A DNA stretch of 34,983 nucleotides from Octopus bimaculoides (GCF_001194135.2 NC_069004.1:3724590-3759572), one strand, 5' to 3'. Shown: positions 21,455-34,243, numbered from the stretch's first letter. Program-made: numbers and translations. Notes: generated by a model not told the origin, from the sequence alone.

Positions 21455-22769
21455 NNNNNNNNNNNNNNNNNNNNNNNNNNNNNNNNNNNNNNNNNNNNNN
21501 NNNNNNNNNNNNNNNNNNNNNNNNNNNNNNNNNNNNNNNNNNNNNNNNNNNNNNNNNNNNNNNNNNNNNNNNNNNNNNNNNNNNNNNNNNNNNNNNNNNN
21601 NNNNNNNNNNNNNNNNNNNNNNNNNNNNNNNNNNNNNNNNNNNNNNNNNNNNNNNNNNNNNNNNNNNNNNNNNNNNNNNNNNNNNNNNNNNNNNNNNNNN
21701 NNNNNNNNNNNNNNNNNNNNNNNNNNNNNNNNNNNNNNNNNNNNNNNNNNNNNNNNNNNNNNNNNNNNNNNNNNNNNNNNNNNNNNNNNNNNNNNNNNNN
21801 NNNNNNNNNNNNNNNNNNNNNNNNNNNNNNNNNNNNNNNNNNNNNNNNNNNNNNNNNNNNNNNNNNNNNNNNNNNNNNNNNNNNNNNNNNNNNNNNNNNN
21901 NNNNNNNNNNNNNNNNNNNNNNNNNNNNNNNNNNNNNNNNNNNNNNNNNNNNNNNNNNNNNNNNNNNNNNNNNNNNNNNNNNNNNNNNNNNNNNNNNNNN
22001 NNNNNNNNNNNNNNNNNNNNNNNNNNNNNNNNNNNNNNNNNNNNNNNNNNNNNNNNNNNNNNNNNNNNNNNNNNNNNNNNNNNNNNNNNNNNNNNNNNNN
22101 NNNNNNNNNNNNNNNNNNNNNNNNNNNNNNNNNNNNNNNNNNNNNNNNNNNNNNNNNNNNNNNNNNNNNNNNNNNNNNNNNNNNNNNNNNNNNNNNNNNN
22201 NNNNNNNNNNNNNNNNNNNNNNNNNNNNNNNNNNNNNNNNNNNNNNNNNNNNNNNNNNNNNNNNNNNNNNNNNNNNNNNNNNNNNNNNNNNNNNNNNNNN
22301 NNNNNNNNNNNNNNNNNNNNNNNNNNNNNNNNNNNNNNNNNNNNNNNNNNNNNNNNNNNNNNNNNNNNNNCATTGACATAGTGGTGATGTAGTGGCTGTA
22401 TAATTCATAATATATACCGTATATAGCTTGCTAAACAGAGAGAGAGAGGGGGGGAAGAGGGAGAGACATCGGAATCAATATACCGGGTTTCTATTAAAAG
22501 ACAGATAACGACAAGGGAGGCGGGAGGGATATTGAGTATGTATATATATATGCATGTGCGTGTGTGTGTGTGTGTGTGTGTGTTTGCACTACGTTTCCTG
22601 CTAATGGCAAGTCGGCTATTTTGTGGGTAGCAAAATCACACGCAAGTGTAAATATGAACGTGTGTGAATACACGCACATACACACACACACACACACACA
22701 GATACACACCCACCCACGCATTTTGAGGGGTTTTGCACCAAATGCGTGGGAGTCAATGACGTTACCAGT

Positions 22770-22807
<38 letters not shown>

Positions 22808-22953
22808 ATATGTGGACACACATACACACTCACACGCATACACACACACACATGACACGGGAGTACATCGCAACCAATAGTGCAGTATAGGCTCGTGTGT
22901 GTGTGCGTGTGTGTGTGTCGGAGGAACATAGTATGCGTGCGTGCGTGCGCACG

Positions 22954-23155
22954 CGCCTGTGCAACGTTCCATGAATGCAATTCCGCCATCGATCCTTTAA
23001 AAAATCCTACACAACATTCCACCTCTTCTCCTCTCCTACCCCAGCTCCCCCCTCCCCCCTTTTTTCTTCTTCATCCTTTATCGAGGCATCAGCTGATTCC
23101 TGCCATACAAACACAGTGGCTCTGTCTGTATGGCTGACTGTCTGCCGGGTGCATT
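22954..23155 (+). repeat. Left arm of a long-range inverted duplication (partner 25100-25251)
   Basis: Blocks of 43/45 and 36/37 identity to the reverse complement of 25207-25251 and 25100-25136. Confidence 0.95.
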
Positions 23156-23408
23156 NNNNNNNNNNNNNNNNNNNNNNNNNNNNNNNNNNNNNNNNNNNNN
23201 NNNNNNNNNNNNNNNNNNNNNNNNNNNNNNNNNNNNNNNNNNNNNNNNNNNNNNNNNNNNNNNNNNNNNNNNNNNNNNNNNNNNNNNNNNNNNNNNNNNN
23301 NNNNNNNNNNNNNNNNNNNNNNNNNNNNNNNNNNNNNNNNNNNNNNNNNNNNNNNNNNNNNNNNNNNNNNNNNNNNNNNNNNNNNNNNNNNNNNNNNNNN
23401 NNNNNNNN

Positions 23409-23460
<52 letters not shown>

Positions 23461-25099
23461 GTATGTGTGTGTGTATATATGTATGTGTGTGTGTATATAT
23501 GTGTGTGTGTGTATATATATTGTACATACATGCGCAAATGTATATTGCTCCATACATTGCTATGTATTTGTGTGTGTATGTATATATATATATATATATA
23601 TGTTTAAAAGCGTGTATGTGCATGCTGATATGTGTTTGTGTGTGTTTATGCTTTTGTGTGCATAGGGCTATAAACGTGTGTGTGTGTATGTGTGCGCGTG
23701 TGTTGAAGTAATTAGGGTGCAAATCGCACTACTATCCCTCAGAAATAAAAGGGCTCTGCGTTCGTTTACTGAGTGCAGATTTTGTTGGAGGCATTCGAAT
23801 TCTCGATCGCCTTTTCCATTCGTGCAATATACCGTCCCAGCCCACCCACACACGCTCACAAACAGATAGAGGCGTGTGTGTGTGTGTGTGTATGTGTGTC
23901 TGTGTGTGAAATTGATGTAAAGATAGGCAAGGAATGTGTGTTAGACAAGTTGTCGTTCCATATAGTTTTATGGTGAAATGGAATTAAAATGTCTTTAACG
24001 TATCGGACGTGATTCCTTCATCGGAAACAGAGGAAGCCGGGGAGAGGGAGGGAGAGAGAGAGAGAGTGATGGGTTTGATGAGAAACTAGAAAGAAGAAAG
24101 TGAAAACGAAATAAAATGAATTAATAAAAAACATAATACAGATGTAAAATGTTCAAAAAATATTAAAAGCCCCCCCCCCTTCGTTTCAGCATTGTATGTC
24201 ATATATTTGTGTCTTTGTATGTATGTGTTTGCTCATAATTATATATACACCTATGTGTAAATATTTGTGTGTGTGTGTGTGTGTGTGTGTATGCGTGTCA
24301 TTGTGGGAATATGTATGAATATAGACATGCGGGTATACCGTCGTGTGTGTGTATCTGAAATCATTCCCGCGCTGTCATATCTTTCTAACAGTCGCCATTG
24401 TAATGGCGACTTTCAGAAGATCTGGAACGCCATTATAGCGTGAACATTTGCTGGAAGAATGTTTTTTTCTTTCTTCTCTCCACAACTATGCGTAACGTAC
24501 CGGCAGATCCATTACCTCGGGGTGGGAACTCAGATGATGGTAAAAGACTCAAATTTTCTGAGCTGCTGTTGCCGGGTGCTTTATGTTTATCGACCCCGGA
24601 GGAATGAAGGGTGACGTTTGACCTCAACGCTACTCGAACCAAGAACCGAAAAAGCAAGATGAAATACCCCAGGTTGTTTGCGTCAATATTCTCACCACCG
24701 CCATCTCGTGTGCATGTGTATGTAGATATACATGTATATACGTATATGTGGCTTGTGTTTGTGTGTGCATATATATGTGTGTGTGTGTGTGTGCGTGCGT
24801 GCGTGTACGGATGTGAGTACATGTGTGTCTATGTACGTATTTGTGTATGTGTATAGATGTGCATAGATATACGTAAATGTTTGTGTGTGTGTGTGTATAT
24901 ACTTGTGTGTGTGTGTGTGTATGCATGTGTATGCGTATATGAATTTGTGTGTGTGTATATTGATTTTGTAGGGGTGGGTGGTGTGGTATATATTATTCAT
25001 CTGAAGCATGACATGCAGCTCGCAAAGCGGCGAGGAGGGTGTGAGGATGGAAATACTTGTGGTGGTGGTGGTGGTGGAGGAGGTTGGGGAGGGGGTGCG

Positions 25100-25251
25100 A
25101 ATGCACCCGGCAGACAGCCAGCCATACAGACAGAGCTATAGTGCGGCAATAATCAGCTGATGCCTGGCAAAGAATAAAAGGAAGAGGAGGGGGTGAGTAG
25201 GGTTTAAAAGGATCGATGGCGAAATTGCATTCATGGAACGCTGCACAGGCG
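25100..25251 (-). repeat. Right arm of the long-range inverted duplication (partner 22954-23155)
   Basis: Same manual alignment as for the left arm. Confidence 0.95.
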
Positions 25252-25459
25252 GGTGCGCGCGCACACTTACACACGCACGCGCGCNNNNNNNNNNNNNNNN
25301 NNNNNNNNNNNNNNNNNNNNNNNNNNNNNNNNNNNNNNNNNNNNNNNNNNNNNNNNNNNNNNNNNNNNNNNNNNNNNNNNNNNNNNNNNNNNNNNNNNNN
25401 NNNNNNNNNNNNNNNNNNNNNNNNNNNNNNNNNNNNNNNNNNNNNNNNNNNNNNNNNNN

Positions 25460-25509
<50 letters not shown>

Positions 25510-25649
25510 TATATATACAAGCATATGAATATGTGTGTGTGTGCATATTTACGTATGTACGTGTCAGTGCTTGCTTGCATGCATGCGTGTGTGTGTGTGT
25601 GTGGAATGCGAGGAATATTTCTGCTGGCGCAGCGAAAATTAATAGGTTC

Positions 25650-25740
25650 TAGGGGTCGATTCGTTCGAATAAAAATCGATCGAGGATTTGCTCCAACATG
25701 GCCGCAGTCTAATGACTGAGACAAGTAGAAGATAAAAAGA
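25650..25740 (+). mobile_element. SINE family B 3' tail fragment
   Basis: GGGGTCGATTCGTTCGA...TGCTCCAACATGGCCGCAGTCTAATGACTGAGACAAGTAGAAG. Confidence 0.75.
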
Positions 25741-25764
25741 AAGAACTATATCACGTGTGACACA

Positions 25765-25866
25765 TACAGTGATGCCTCACTTTACGAGTTCCCGGGTTTA
25801 CGATTTTATTTTTTCTTTATGATTTTTCGCTTTACGAGCATTCTCTTGGAATGATTTAACTCGTAT
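25765..25866 (+). mobile_element. Possible Tigger/pogo-like MITE end
   Basis: ta-CAGTGATGCCTCACTTTACGAG start with repeated TTTACGA(G/T) subterminal motifs. Abutted by a SINE at 25869. Confidence 0.35.
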
Positions 25867-25868
25867 AT

Positions 25869-26052
25869 CCTTTTCTACCCTAGGCACAAGGCCCAGAATT
25901 TTGGAGGAGGTGGGGGACAGTCGATTAAATCGACTCTTAAAGGATCAAAGGCAAAGTCGACCTCGTCGGAATTTGAACTCAGAACATAGTGACAAACGAA
26001 ATACCGCTAAGCGTTCCGCCCGGCGTGCTAACGTTTCTGCCAGCTCGACGCC
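25869..26052 (-). mobile_element. SINE family A, internally deleted
   Basis: CCTTTTCTACCCTAGGCACAAGGCC...AAAGGCAAAGTCGACCTCGTCGGAATTTGAACTCAGAAC...GCTAACGTTTCTGCCAGCTCGACGCC. Confidence 0.85.
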
Positions 26053-26787
26053 AGGCATTAATGAATATCTACTTCTGCACAAGCCTTCCTAATTGGTTCA
26101 TAGATGCATATGACCGAAAAGTGTCATTTGAGGCCGGCATGGCTGCTATTTTTCTTAGTTCTAAAGCTAACATATAGAAGTGTCCCTCACCGGCATATGC
26201 TTCCAAATACATATACATAAGACAGTAGCACATTATGGGGGAAGGAGATTTGACTGGGTTTTTTTATTCGAGTTTAACTGCCCTGCAGAGGCCCCCTCTG
26301 TTGNNNNNNNNNNNNNNNNNNNNNNNNNNNNNNNNNNNNNNNNNNNNNNNNNNNNNNNNNNNNNNNNNNNNNNNNNNNNNNNNNNNNNNNNNNNNNNNNN
26401 NNNNNNNNNNNNNNNNNNNNNNNNNNNNNNNNNNNNNNNNNNNNNNNNNNNNNNNNNNNNNNNNNNNNNNNNNNNNNNNNNNNNNNNNNNNNNNNNNNNN
26501 NNNNNNNNNNNNNNNNNNNNNNNNNNNNNNNNNNNNNNNNNNNNNNNNNNNNNNNNNNNNNNNNNNNNNNNNNNNNNNNNNNNNNNNNNNNNNNNNNNNN
26601 NNNNNNNNNNNNNNNNNNNNNNNNNNNNNNNNNNNNNNNNNNNNNNNNNNNNNNNNNNNNNNNNNNNNNNNNNNNNNNNNNNNNNNNNNNNNNNNNNNNN
26701 NNNNNNNNNNNNNNNNNNNNNNNNNNNNNNNNNNNNNNNNNNNNNNNCTCCATAAGATATTGCTTAACCTACGACTACCTAATAGAA

Positions 26788-27073
26788 CAGCGATTCCTAA
26801 AATGGACAGTACTGCCTACCTTCTTGGGGCGATGGAAAGATCCAGAGCAGGGGTGAAGAAAAGCGGGGGCAATAATGGGGTGGCCAAAAGGGGGCGATGG
26901 ACGTAAAAACTATAATGGGTGAATTAGGTTAGGTTTCATTTGTGAAACGCAGCTGTGTGGAATTTGCAGCAGAAAGTGGTCAATGTTTGTGGTGGTGTGT
27001 ATATGGGGGTGGGTGTAGGATTGTGGCCCGGGTGCCAAGTGGGTGGTAGCCCCCAAAAGTTTAGGAATTGCTG
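26788..27073. mobile_element. hAT (Charlie-like) MITE, 286 bp
   Basis: TIRs CAGCGATTCCTAAA / TTTAGGAATTGCTG match at 13/14. Flanking 8-mers TAATAGAA and TTGTAGAA match at 6/8 and both end in TAGAN, like the Charlie NTCTAGAN target. Confidence 0.7.
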
Positions 27074-27968
27074 TTGTAGAAGGATCCCGTACAGCGAGAT
27101 CGAACCTGTGTTCCCATCTGTATGCGTGTGTGGTTGCTTGCCGTGTTGCTTAACAAGTGGACTGGTGTGAGTTTGTTGATGACTTAGCAGTTCGGTAAGG
27201 CAGAGAAATTTGCTGAGGACCGGGCTTTCATTAAGGACTGGGGTCAGTTCGACAGACCTCGCAATCATGTGCTGAATCATGGTCTCAGTCCAATGACTGC
27301 AGCAAGCAAAAGCAAGCGGCTGGCCGCCTGCAATCGCACATGCATATGCATGTGTGCGTGTATATATATATATATATGTATGTATATGTGTGTATTCTTA
27401 TATATACGTATATGCATGCATGTATGTATATGTACGTATATACCTGTGTGTGTATGTATGTATAAGCATGTATATATTTTATATATATATATATATATAT
27501 ATNNNNNNNNNNNNNNNNNNNNNNNNNNNNNNNNNNNNNNNNNNNNNNNNNNNNNNNNNNNNNNNNNNNNNNNNNNNNNNNNTTCCGATCTAGTTATATA
27601 TAACCGTATGAGCGTATATAGTTTGATATGTATGTATGTATATGCCTGTGTGTGTTTTATGTATGTGTCTAGGTGTGTTTGTATGTATATATGTTATGTA
27701 TGTAGATGCATGTGTGTATATTGTGTGCCTGTAATAATATAAACTATCTTTATTGCCACCCACGACTGCGGCAGCGCCATCTCCATCACTATCTCCGCCA
27801 GCACCTTCAACGTGAAGCTAGCACTAATTAACGAAACAATTAACACAAGACTTGATTTCGAATGTGTGTACATTACATCCGGTTATCCAAGCGTGTAAGA
27901 ACAACTATCTGCCACCAACTAGCCAAGATACCGTTGTGCATTGTTTGTGTGATTCGCCATTATCATCA

Positions 27969-27999
<31 letters not shown>

Positions 28000-28075
28000 C
28001 ATCATCATCGTCACCACCCTCATCAGCAATAGAAGCGTTATTATTATATTATCGCTGATATTGTCATCATCAGCA

Positions 28076-28122
<47 letters not shown>

Positions 28123-28632
28123 CTGCGTGATGTAAGAGCGAGAGGAGAGGTAGAGAAAAAGGGAGGAGGAGGCGAAGGGAGGTATTTTTTGGTTGTGGGG
28201 AGAGGAGATCGCAGTACAACGAGAAGGTAGGGAGGATGTGGGAGGAGGATGTGGGAACGCGGCGCAGGAAAGGGGTGGTGGGCATGGAGTAAATGAATGA
28301 AATATTATTCTGATTTATAATATTAATTCTATATTCCCCACACACTGCTATATCCACTCTCCCCTCATCTCCTCCTTACTCTCCATCACCACACACACAC
28401 ACACACACTTCTATTTATACATCGTCCATACTATTTATAATTATTATAGTATCGGGGAATGAATGGGAATAGCGACTATCGTTTAACCATGTGACTTGTG
28501 CCTCTCTCTTTCTGTGTATGTACGAATGCATACACACACAAATCTGTAGATTTGTGTGTGTAAATGTATTTGAGTATATATGTATGTGTGCATGATTCTG
28601 TATATGGATGTGCGTTTGTATGCATACGTGTG

Positions 28633-28670
<38 letters not shown>

Positions 28671-28896
28671 TGTGCCTTTATATAGTTGTGTGTCTATATG
28701 TGCATGTTTGTATTTTTGTATGTACGTATGAATGTATATGGGCGTGTATATATATATGTGTGTGTGTGTATGAACATTTGTTTGTGTGTGCAGATAAACA
28801 TTTGTGTGTGCGTATGTGTGCGTGTAGCTATATATATGTTCCTGTGTATACATGGTTATGTATTTGCACATGTATGAATAAGTGTGAGTGTGTGTA

Positions 28897-28946
<50 letters not shown>

Positions 28947-29877
28947 NNNNNNNNNNNNNNNNNNNNNNNNNNNNNNNNNNNNNNNNNNNNNNNNNNNNNN
29001 NNNNNNNNNNNNNNNNNNNNNNNNNNNNNNNNNNNNNNNNNNNNNNNNNNNNNNNNNNNNNNNNNNNNNNNNNNNNNNNNNNNNNNNNNNNNNNNNNNNN
29101 NNNNNNNNNNNNNNNNNNNNNNNNNNNNNNNNNNNNNNNNNNNNNNNNNNNNNNNNNNNNNNNNNNNNNNNNNNNNNNNNNNNNNNNNNNNNNNNNNNNN
29201 NNNNNNNNNNNNNNNNNNNNNNNNNNNNNNNNNNNNNNNNNNNNNNNNNNNNNNNNNNNNNNNNNNNNNNNNNNNNNNNNNNNNNNNNNNNNNNNNNNNN
29301 NNNNNNNNNNNNNNNNNNNNNNNNNNNNNNNNNNNNNNNNNNNNNNNNNNNNNNNNNNNNNNNNNNNNNNNNNNNNNNNNNNNNNNNNNNNNNNNNNNNN
29401 NNNNNNNNNNNNNNNNNNNNNNNNNNNNNNNNNNNNNNNNNNNNNNNNNNNNNNNNNNNNNNNNNNNNNNNNNNNNNNNNNNNNNNNNNNNNNNNNNNNN
29501 NNNNNNNNNNNNNNNNNNNNNNNNNNNNNNNNNNNNNNNNNNNNNNNNNNNNNNNNNNNNNNNNNNNNNNNNNNNNNNNNNNNNNNNNNNNNNNNNNNNN
29601 NNNNNNNNNNNNNNNNNNNNNNNNNNNNNNNNNNNNNNNNNNNNNNNNNNNNNNNNNNNNNNNNNNNNNNNNNNNNNNNNNNNNNNNNNNNNNNNNNNNN
29701 NNNNNNNNNNNNNNNNNNNNNNNNNNNNNNNNNNNNNNNNNNNNNNNNNNNNNNNNNNNNNNNNNNNNNNNNNNNNNNNNNNNNNNNNNNNNNNNNNNNN
29801 NNNNNNNNNNNNNNNNNNNNNNNNNNNNNNNNNNNNNNNNNNNNNNNNNNNNNNNNNNNNNNNNNNNNNNNNNNNNG

Positions 29878-30052
29878 GAGGGTCACTTAATTATGATTTT
29901 ATTCAAGGTATTCCTCCTACCCCACAGTCACACACTTATTACAGTGGCCCTTCAGCTTTTCTAAGCTCTGTAAAAGAACTCGGAATGTTGGACCTCCAAC
30001 CAGCACTTTCATGATACCCTTAAAGTCAGGCACTTTTGAGCACCCCTTCGTA
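29878..30052. mobile_element. Second copy of the mariner-type MITE; left end lost in gap
   Basis: Shares TTAATTATGATTTTATTCAA, CAGTGG(T/C)CCTTC, TTTTCTAAGC, CTCGGAA, CCTCCAACC and the right TIR AAAG(T/C)CAGG(C/A)ACTTTT(G/C)AGCAC..CCTCGTA with 6204-6412. Confidence 0.8.
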
Positions 30053-30769
30053 TATGTATGCATGTATATGTATATATATATATATTTGTGTGTGTGTGTG
30101 TGTGTTTCTCTCTAACTATGTATCCATCTACGAACACTGTTGCTTCCTCTTCCGGGATAAAGGTGTACGGAAGGCATAGACTGGATCTCTGTCGGTGTCA
30201 ACACTGAGTATTCAACTTACTCGTTCAATTGAATTACCTGTTCATTGAGGTATAAGATGTATGTAAGTGGTTGAGCATCCCGTAGACATGTTTTCGCGAT
30301 CAGAATTACTGTGACAGAGTGCATGACAAATAAAGCTGGTCCTTTTCCTAATATTGTGGCCACAGTACATTCGTCTCTCTTCAGCAGGTTTTCCTCGTAC
30401 CTAGTTTCGCTCCAAAAGATTTTGGCCGGCCCACTTGTTGACTCAACTTGGAAACGTCTTGGCCGTTCGACTATCACAAAACACACGCACACACCCTATA
30501 ATGTAAAAAAAGCTGTACATTTGCCAAGTCGGGAGGTTGACGTCCTCGTAACAAGCGATGTACATCTCTGTTTAGAATAGGAAAAGTAAAAAAAGTAGTG
30601 TTTATAATGTAGTGCATGTGTATGTGTCTGGTATTCAATTTGTTATGCAGGCGGGTGATGCTATTAAACGGTCATTAGCTGGTTCCCAGACAAGCTGAGA
30701 GTGTTGGTATAATCTCCGTCTAATGTATCAAGCGGCGATTGCCGGCAAAATCGATTACAGGCTTCGGTA

Positions 30770-31120
30770 CGACCTGAAACGTTTTAGTCGAACAAATCGA
30801 ACTCGGGGCTTATTCTTTAAGAAGTTTGTTAGTTATTTTTTATCGGCTACTTTAGATGAAGCGTTAAGTTACAGGGACATAAACAAACCAACGTAAGTCA
30901 AGCAGTGGTTGGGTCAACGCATACACAATCGCACACACACCGGGTGTAAAGTGGCATCAGGGGACGAACACACACAAATATATATATGTATAAATATATG
31001 TATACACACACACACGTGTGTGTGTGCGTGCGCTCGTGTATACCGTCCTCCAAATCCCCCGACAAGGCCTTTGCCGATCCGCGGCTGAAGCAGAATCCAT
31101 TTCCACCAAGGTGTGATATT
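30770..31120 (-). mobile_element. SINE family B, old degenerate copy
   Basis: TTTTAGTCGAACAAATCGAAC..GGCTTATTCTTT...AAGTTACAGGGAC, then CCAAATCCCCGACAAGGCCTTTG...CCAAGGTG, colinear with the intact copies. Confidence 0.6.
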
Positions 31121-31663
31121 CAATTGCGGAAATCTACGTGATTGATGTCACATCTCAGATGCGATGCAGAATATACATGTTTTAAATACGCAACTTCCAA
31201 AAACATTTCTGCCACATGTAGTAAAAGAAGGCGCTACATTCAAATGCATTTCACTCTTTTTTATTTCCACTCACCAAACAAACTGTAAAATCTTGCGGGC
31301 AGTCACAGCGATCTCGGATAGAACTAAATCAACGAATATCCTAATATTTATTCGGACAACGAACCGATCCAACTAATGCTGCATAAACGTTGTGTAAACA
31401 CGAATGGATGACAGTTTTTTTTGGTAACAGGTTCTAGTTATGCTTTTTTATTTTATTTGATACGTTTATTTAGAGTTAATTTATTTCTCGCTGCTTATTT
31501 TTTATTATTACTATTTTTTGTTTTTTCGTTATTGAAATATATTAATCTTGTTTTCGTTTTGTTAACGGAGGTCGTTGACGTTTTCATGACGTACTGCTTT
31601 TGCGCTTATTTACAAGTATATTAGATACGTACACAGATGTAAGCCTGTATGTGCGCATATATA

Positions 31664-31704
<41 letters not shown>

Positions 31705-32163
31705 ATATGTGTATGACCGTGTTTGTGGGTTTATGACCATGTCTCTGTGTGTGTATATGTTGTATATGTGTGAGTGTCCGTCCGTCCTTCAATAGATGCA
31801 AAAAGTAGGCCTTTACATGTTTTGGTGTGATAAATGCCTCTTCCCCCTTCTGCTCCCCCCCACGTCTCTTTTTAATTACGCATATACCTAAAATATATAA
31901 TTATCAATATCTTTTTCTTTTTCTTTTTCTTCCACAGGTGCCNNNNNNNNNNNNNNNNNNNNNNNNNNNNNNNNNNNNNNNNNNNNNNNNNNNNNNNNNN
32001 NNNNNNNNNNNNNNNNNNNNNNNNNNNNNNNNNNNNNNNNNNNNNNNNNNNNNNNNNNNNNNNNNNNNNNNNNNNNNNNNNNNNNNNNNNNNNNNNNNNN
32101 NNNNNNNNNNNNNNNNNNNNNNNNNNNNNNNNNNNNNNNNNTAATAATAATTATTTTTTATAA

Positions 32164-32562
32164 TTTTGGCTGAAGGCCAGCAATTTTGAGTGGAGGTGGG
32201 GTGGGGGTTGGAGGTGCTAGTTCAACTTGTATTTTGTTTCATCGACGTCCGAAACGATGAAAGGTAAAGTCCACCTCGGCGAAGTTTGAACTTAGAACGT
32301 AAAACCTGAAGAAGTAGCGTTAAGCATTTTGCCATCGATTCTGTCAGCTTGCCTAATAATAATAATAATAATAATAATTAATAATAATCCTTTCTACTGA
32401 GGGAACAGCGCCTTGAAATTTTGGTGGAGTGGGACTAGTCGATTACATCGACCCCCCGCCTCCAGTACTCAACTGGTACTTATTTGATTGACCCCGAAAG
32501 GAGGAAAGGCAAAGTCGACTACGGCGGATTTTGAACTCGGAACGTACAGGGATGAAATACCG
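32164..32562 (-). mobile_element. Two SINE family A copies in tandem (32164-32352 and 32354-32562), separated by (AAT)n
   Basis: Both carry ATCGAC/TTGACCCC..GAAA....GAAAGG(T/C)AAAGTC.AC...GGCG.A.TTTGAACT..GAACGTA. Confidence 0.85.
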
Positions 32563-32599
32563 TTTAGTATTGCATGGATCCCAGTGTTTTATGGGTACT

Positions 32600-32936
32600 C
32601 AATTGATCAGGGATGCGCATATCATCACCACTAAGGGACATGCCCAACTGGTTATGGTCAGACAACTGACAAGCAAATCTGTGGTATTGAGCAGAATATT
32701 CGCTGTAGCCCATCTTTTTATACCAAGACAAAACAATGTACATACTCTTTTACTCTTTTACTTGTTCAGTCATTTGACTGCGGCCATGCTGGAGCACCAC
32801 CTTTTAGTCGAGCAAATGGACTCCAGGACTTATTCTTTGGAAGCCTAGTACTTATTCTTTCGGTCTCTTTTGCCAAACCGCTAAGTTACGGGGACGCAAA
32901 CACACCACCATCGGTTGTCAAACGATGCTGGGGGGA

Positions 32937-32975
<39 letters not shown>

Positions 32976-33222
32976 GCATATATACGACGGACTTCTTTCA
33001 GTTTCCGTCTACCAAATCCACTCACAAGGCTTTGGTCGGCCCGGGGCTATAGTAGAAGACACTTGCCCAAGGTGCCACGCTGTGGGAATGAACCCGGAAC
33101 CATGTGGTTGGCAAGCAAGCTACTTACCACACAGCCACTCTTGCGCCTATATGATAACACTTCCAATTAGTTAAGATCAGAAGCCATGAGAGCCACTGCC
33201 TGATACTGCATCATGGCATTTA
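32600..33222 (-). repeat. Interspersed repeat (family D), split in two by the SINE B insertion at 32744-33147
   Basis: The flanks rejoin as ...AAAACAATGTACAT|GATAACACTTCC..., with TACAT/TATAT at the junctions. Recognition of the host element rests on a recalled octopus repeat and has not been verified. Confidence 0.5.
32744..33147 (-). mobile_element. SINE family B, full length
   Basis: Minus strand begins GGCGCAAGAGTGGCTGTGTGG and ends in (GAGTAAAA)n. Colinear with 14923-15300. Confidence 0.9.
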
Positions 33223-33929
33223 TTATTATTATAGACAAAATGATAATAATAATCCTTTCTACTATAGGCATAAGGCCTCAATTTGAGGCAAACCAACATC
33301 AAAAAACACTGGCTTCAATTTGTTCAACTAAAACATCGCAGTCCAATGACTAAAACAAGTAAGAGATAAATGAATTAAATTAATCAAAGCAATTTGGTTA
33401 TCATTTCTAGCAAGTGTAGTAACCACATAGAGATCCCATCATTTACTCATTATTATACTGCGTTTGTTTGTTAGTTTGTTTGTGTGTGTATGTTGTTTAA
33501 CCCCAGGCCAGTCCTGTGTGAGTAAACCAATGGCTAAAGATACAAACTACATCATCTACCATCACTTACTTCCGTTACTGAGAGCCACAGTATATCTTGG
33601 ACTACATTATCCAAAGTCGTTTCCAAAAGAGACTTCAGAGTGCGATTTGCGAAATATTTGGCTGCTATTTCTAGTGGGTTGAACCACCTCCAATAGACTC
33701 CCTTGCTGCACATGTTATCACATTGCTCTATATTGTGCAGTTGCATTTACTGTTGATGCACTTTTACAGCTGCTTGTTTTGCTGGTGCACATTGCACTTT
33801 TAGTGGTGCATTTTCTGTCACTCGTTCCGTATAGTTTTGTTGTTTTTGTTGTATTATAACTGATTTGTTTCTTGTTATTGTTGTTGCTGATCTAGTGTGT
33901 GTGTGTGTGCATGCACACACAGTCGCACA

Positions 33930-34057
33930 TATACGCACAAAATATATGTGTGTATATGCAAATACCTGCATATCTCTCCTTCATTCTGTATGTGTATATA
34001 TATACACACGTGCATGTGTGTATATATTACATATTTATACGTGCATGCTTCAATGTG

Positions 34058-34090
<33 letters not shown>

Positions 34091-34151
34091 CACACACATG
34101 TACGCACAAAATGTGTGTATATGCAAATACCTGCACATCTCTCTTTCATTC

Positions 34152-34243
<92 letters not shown>

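Larger units (their letters stand above)
1010..32141. other. 13 assembly gaps (1010-1751, 2581-3245, ~15465-15474, 17035-17891, 19050-19059, 19644-20116, 21455-22370, 23156-23408, 25285-25459, 26304-26747, 27503-27582, 28947-29877, 31943-32141)
   Basis: Runs of N totalling ~5.8 kb; most begin or end in a microsatellite or SINE. Confidence 0.98.
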
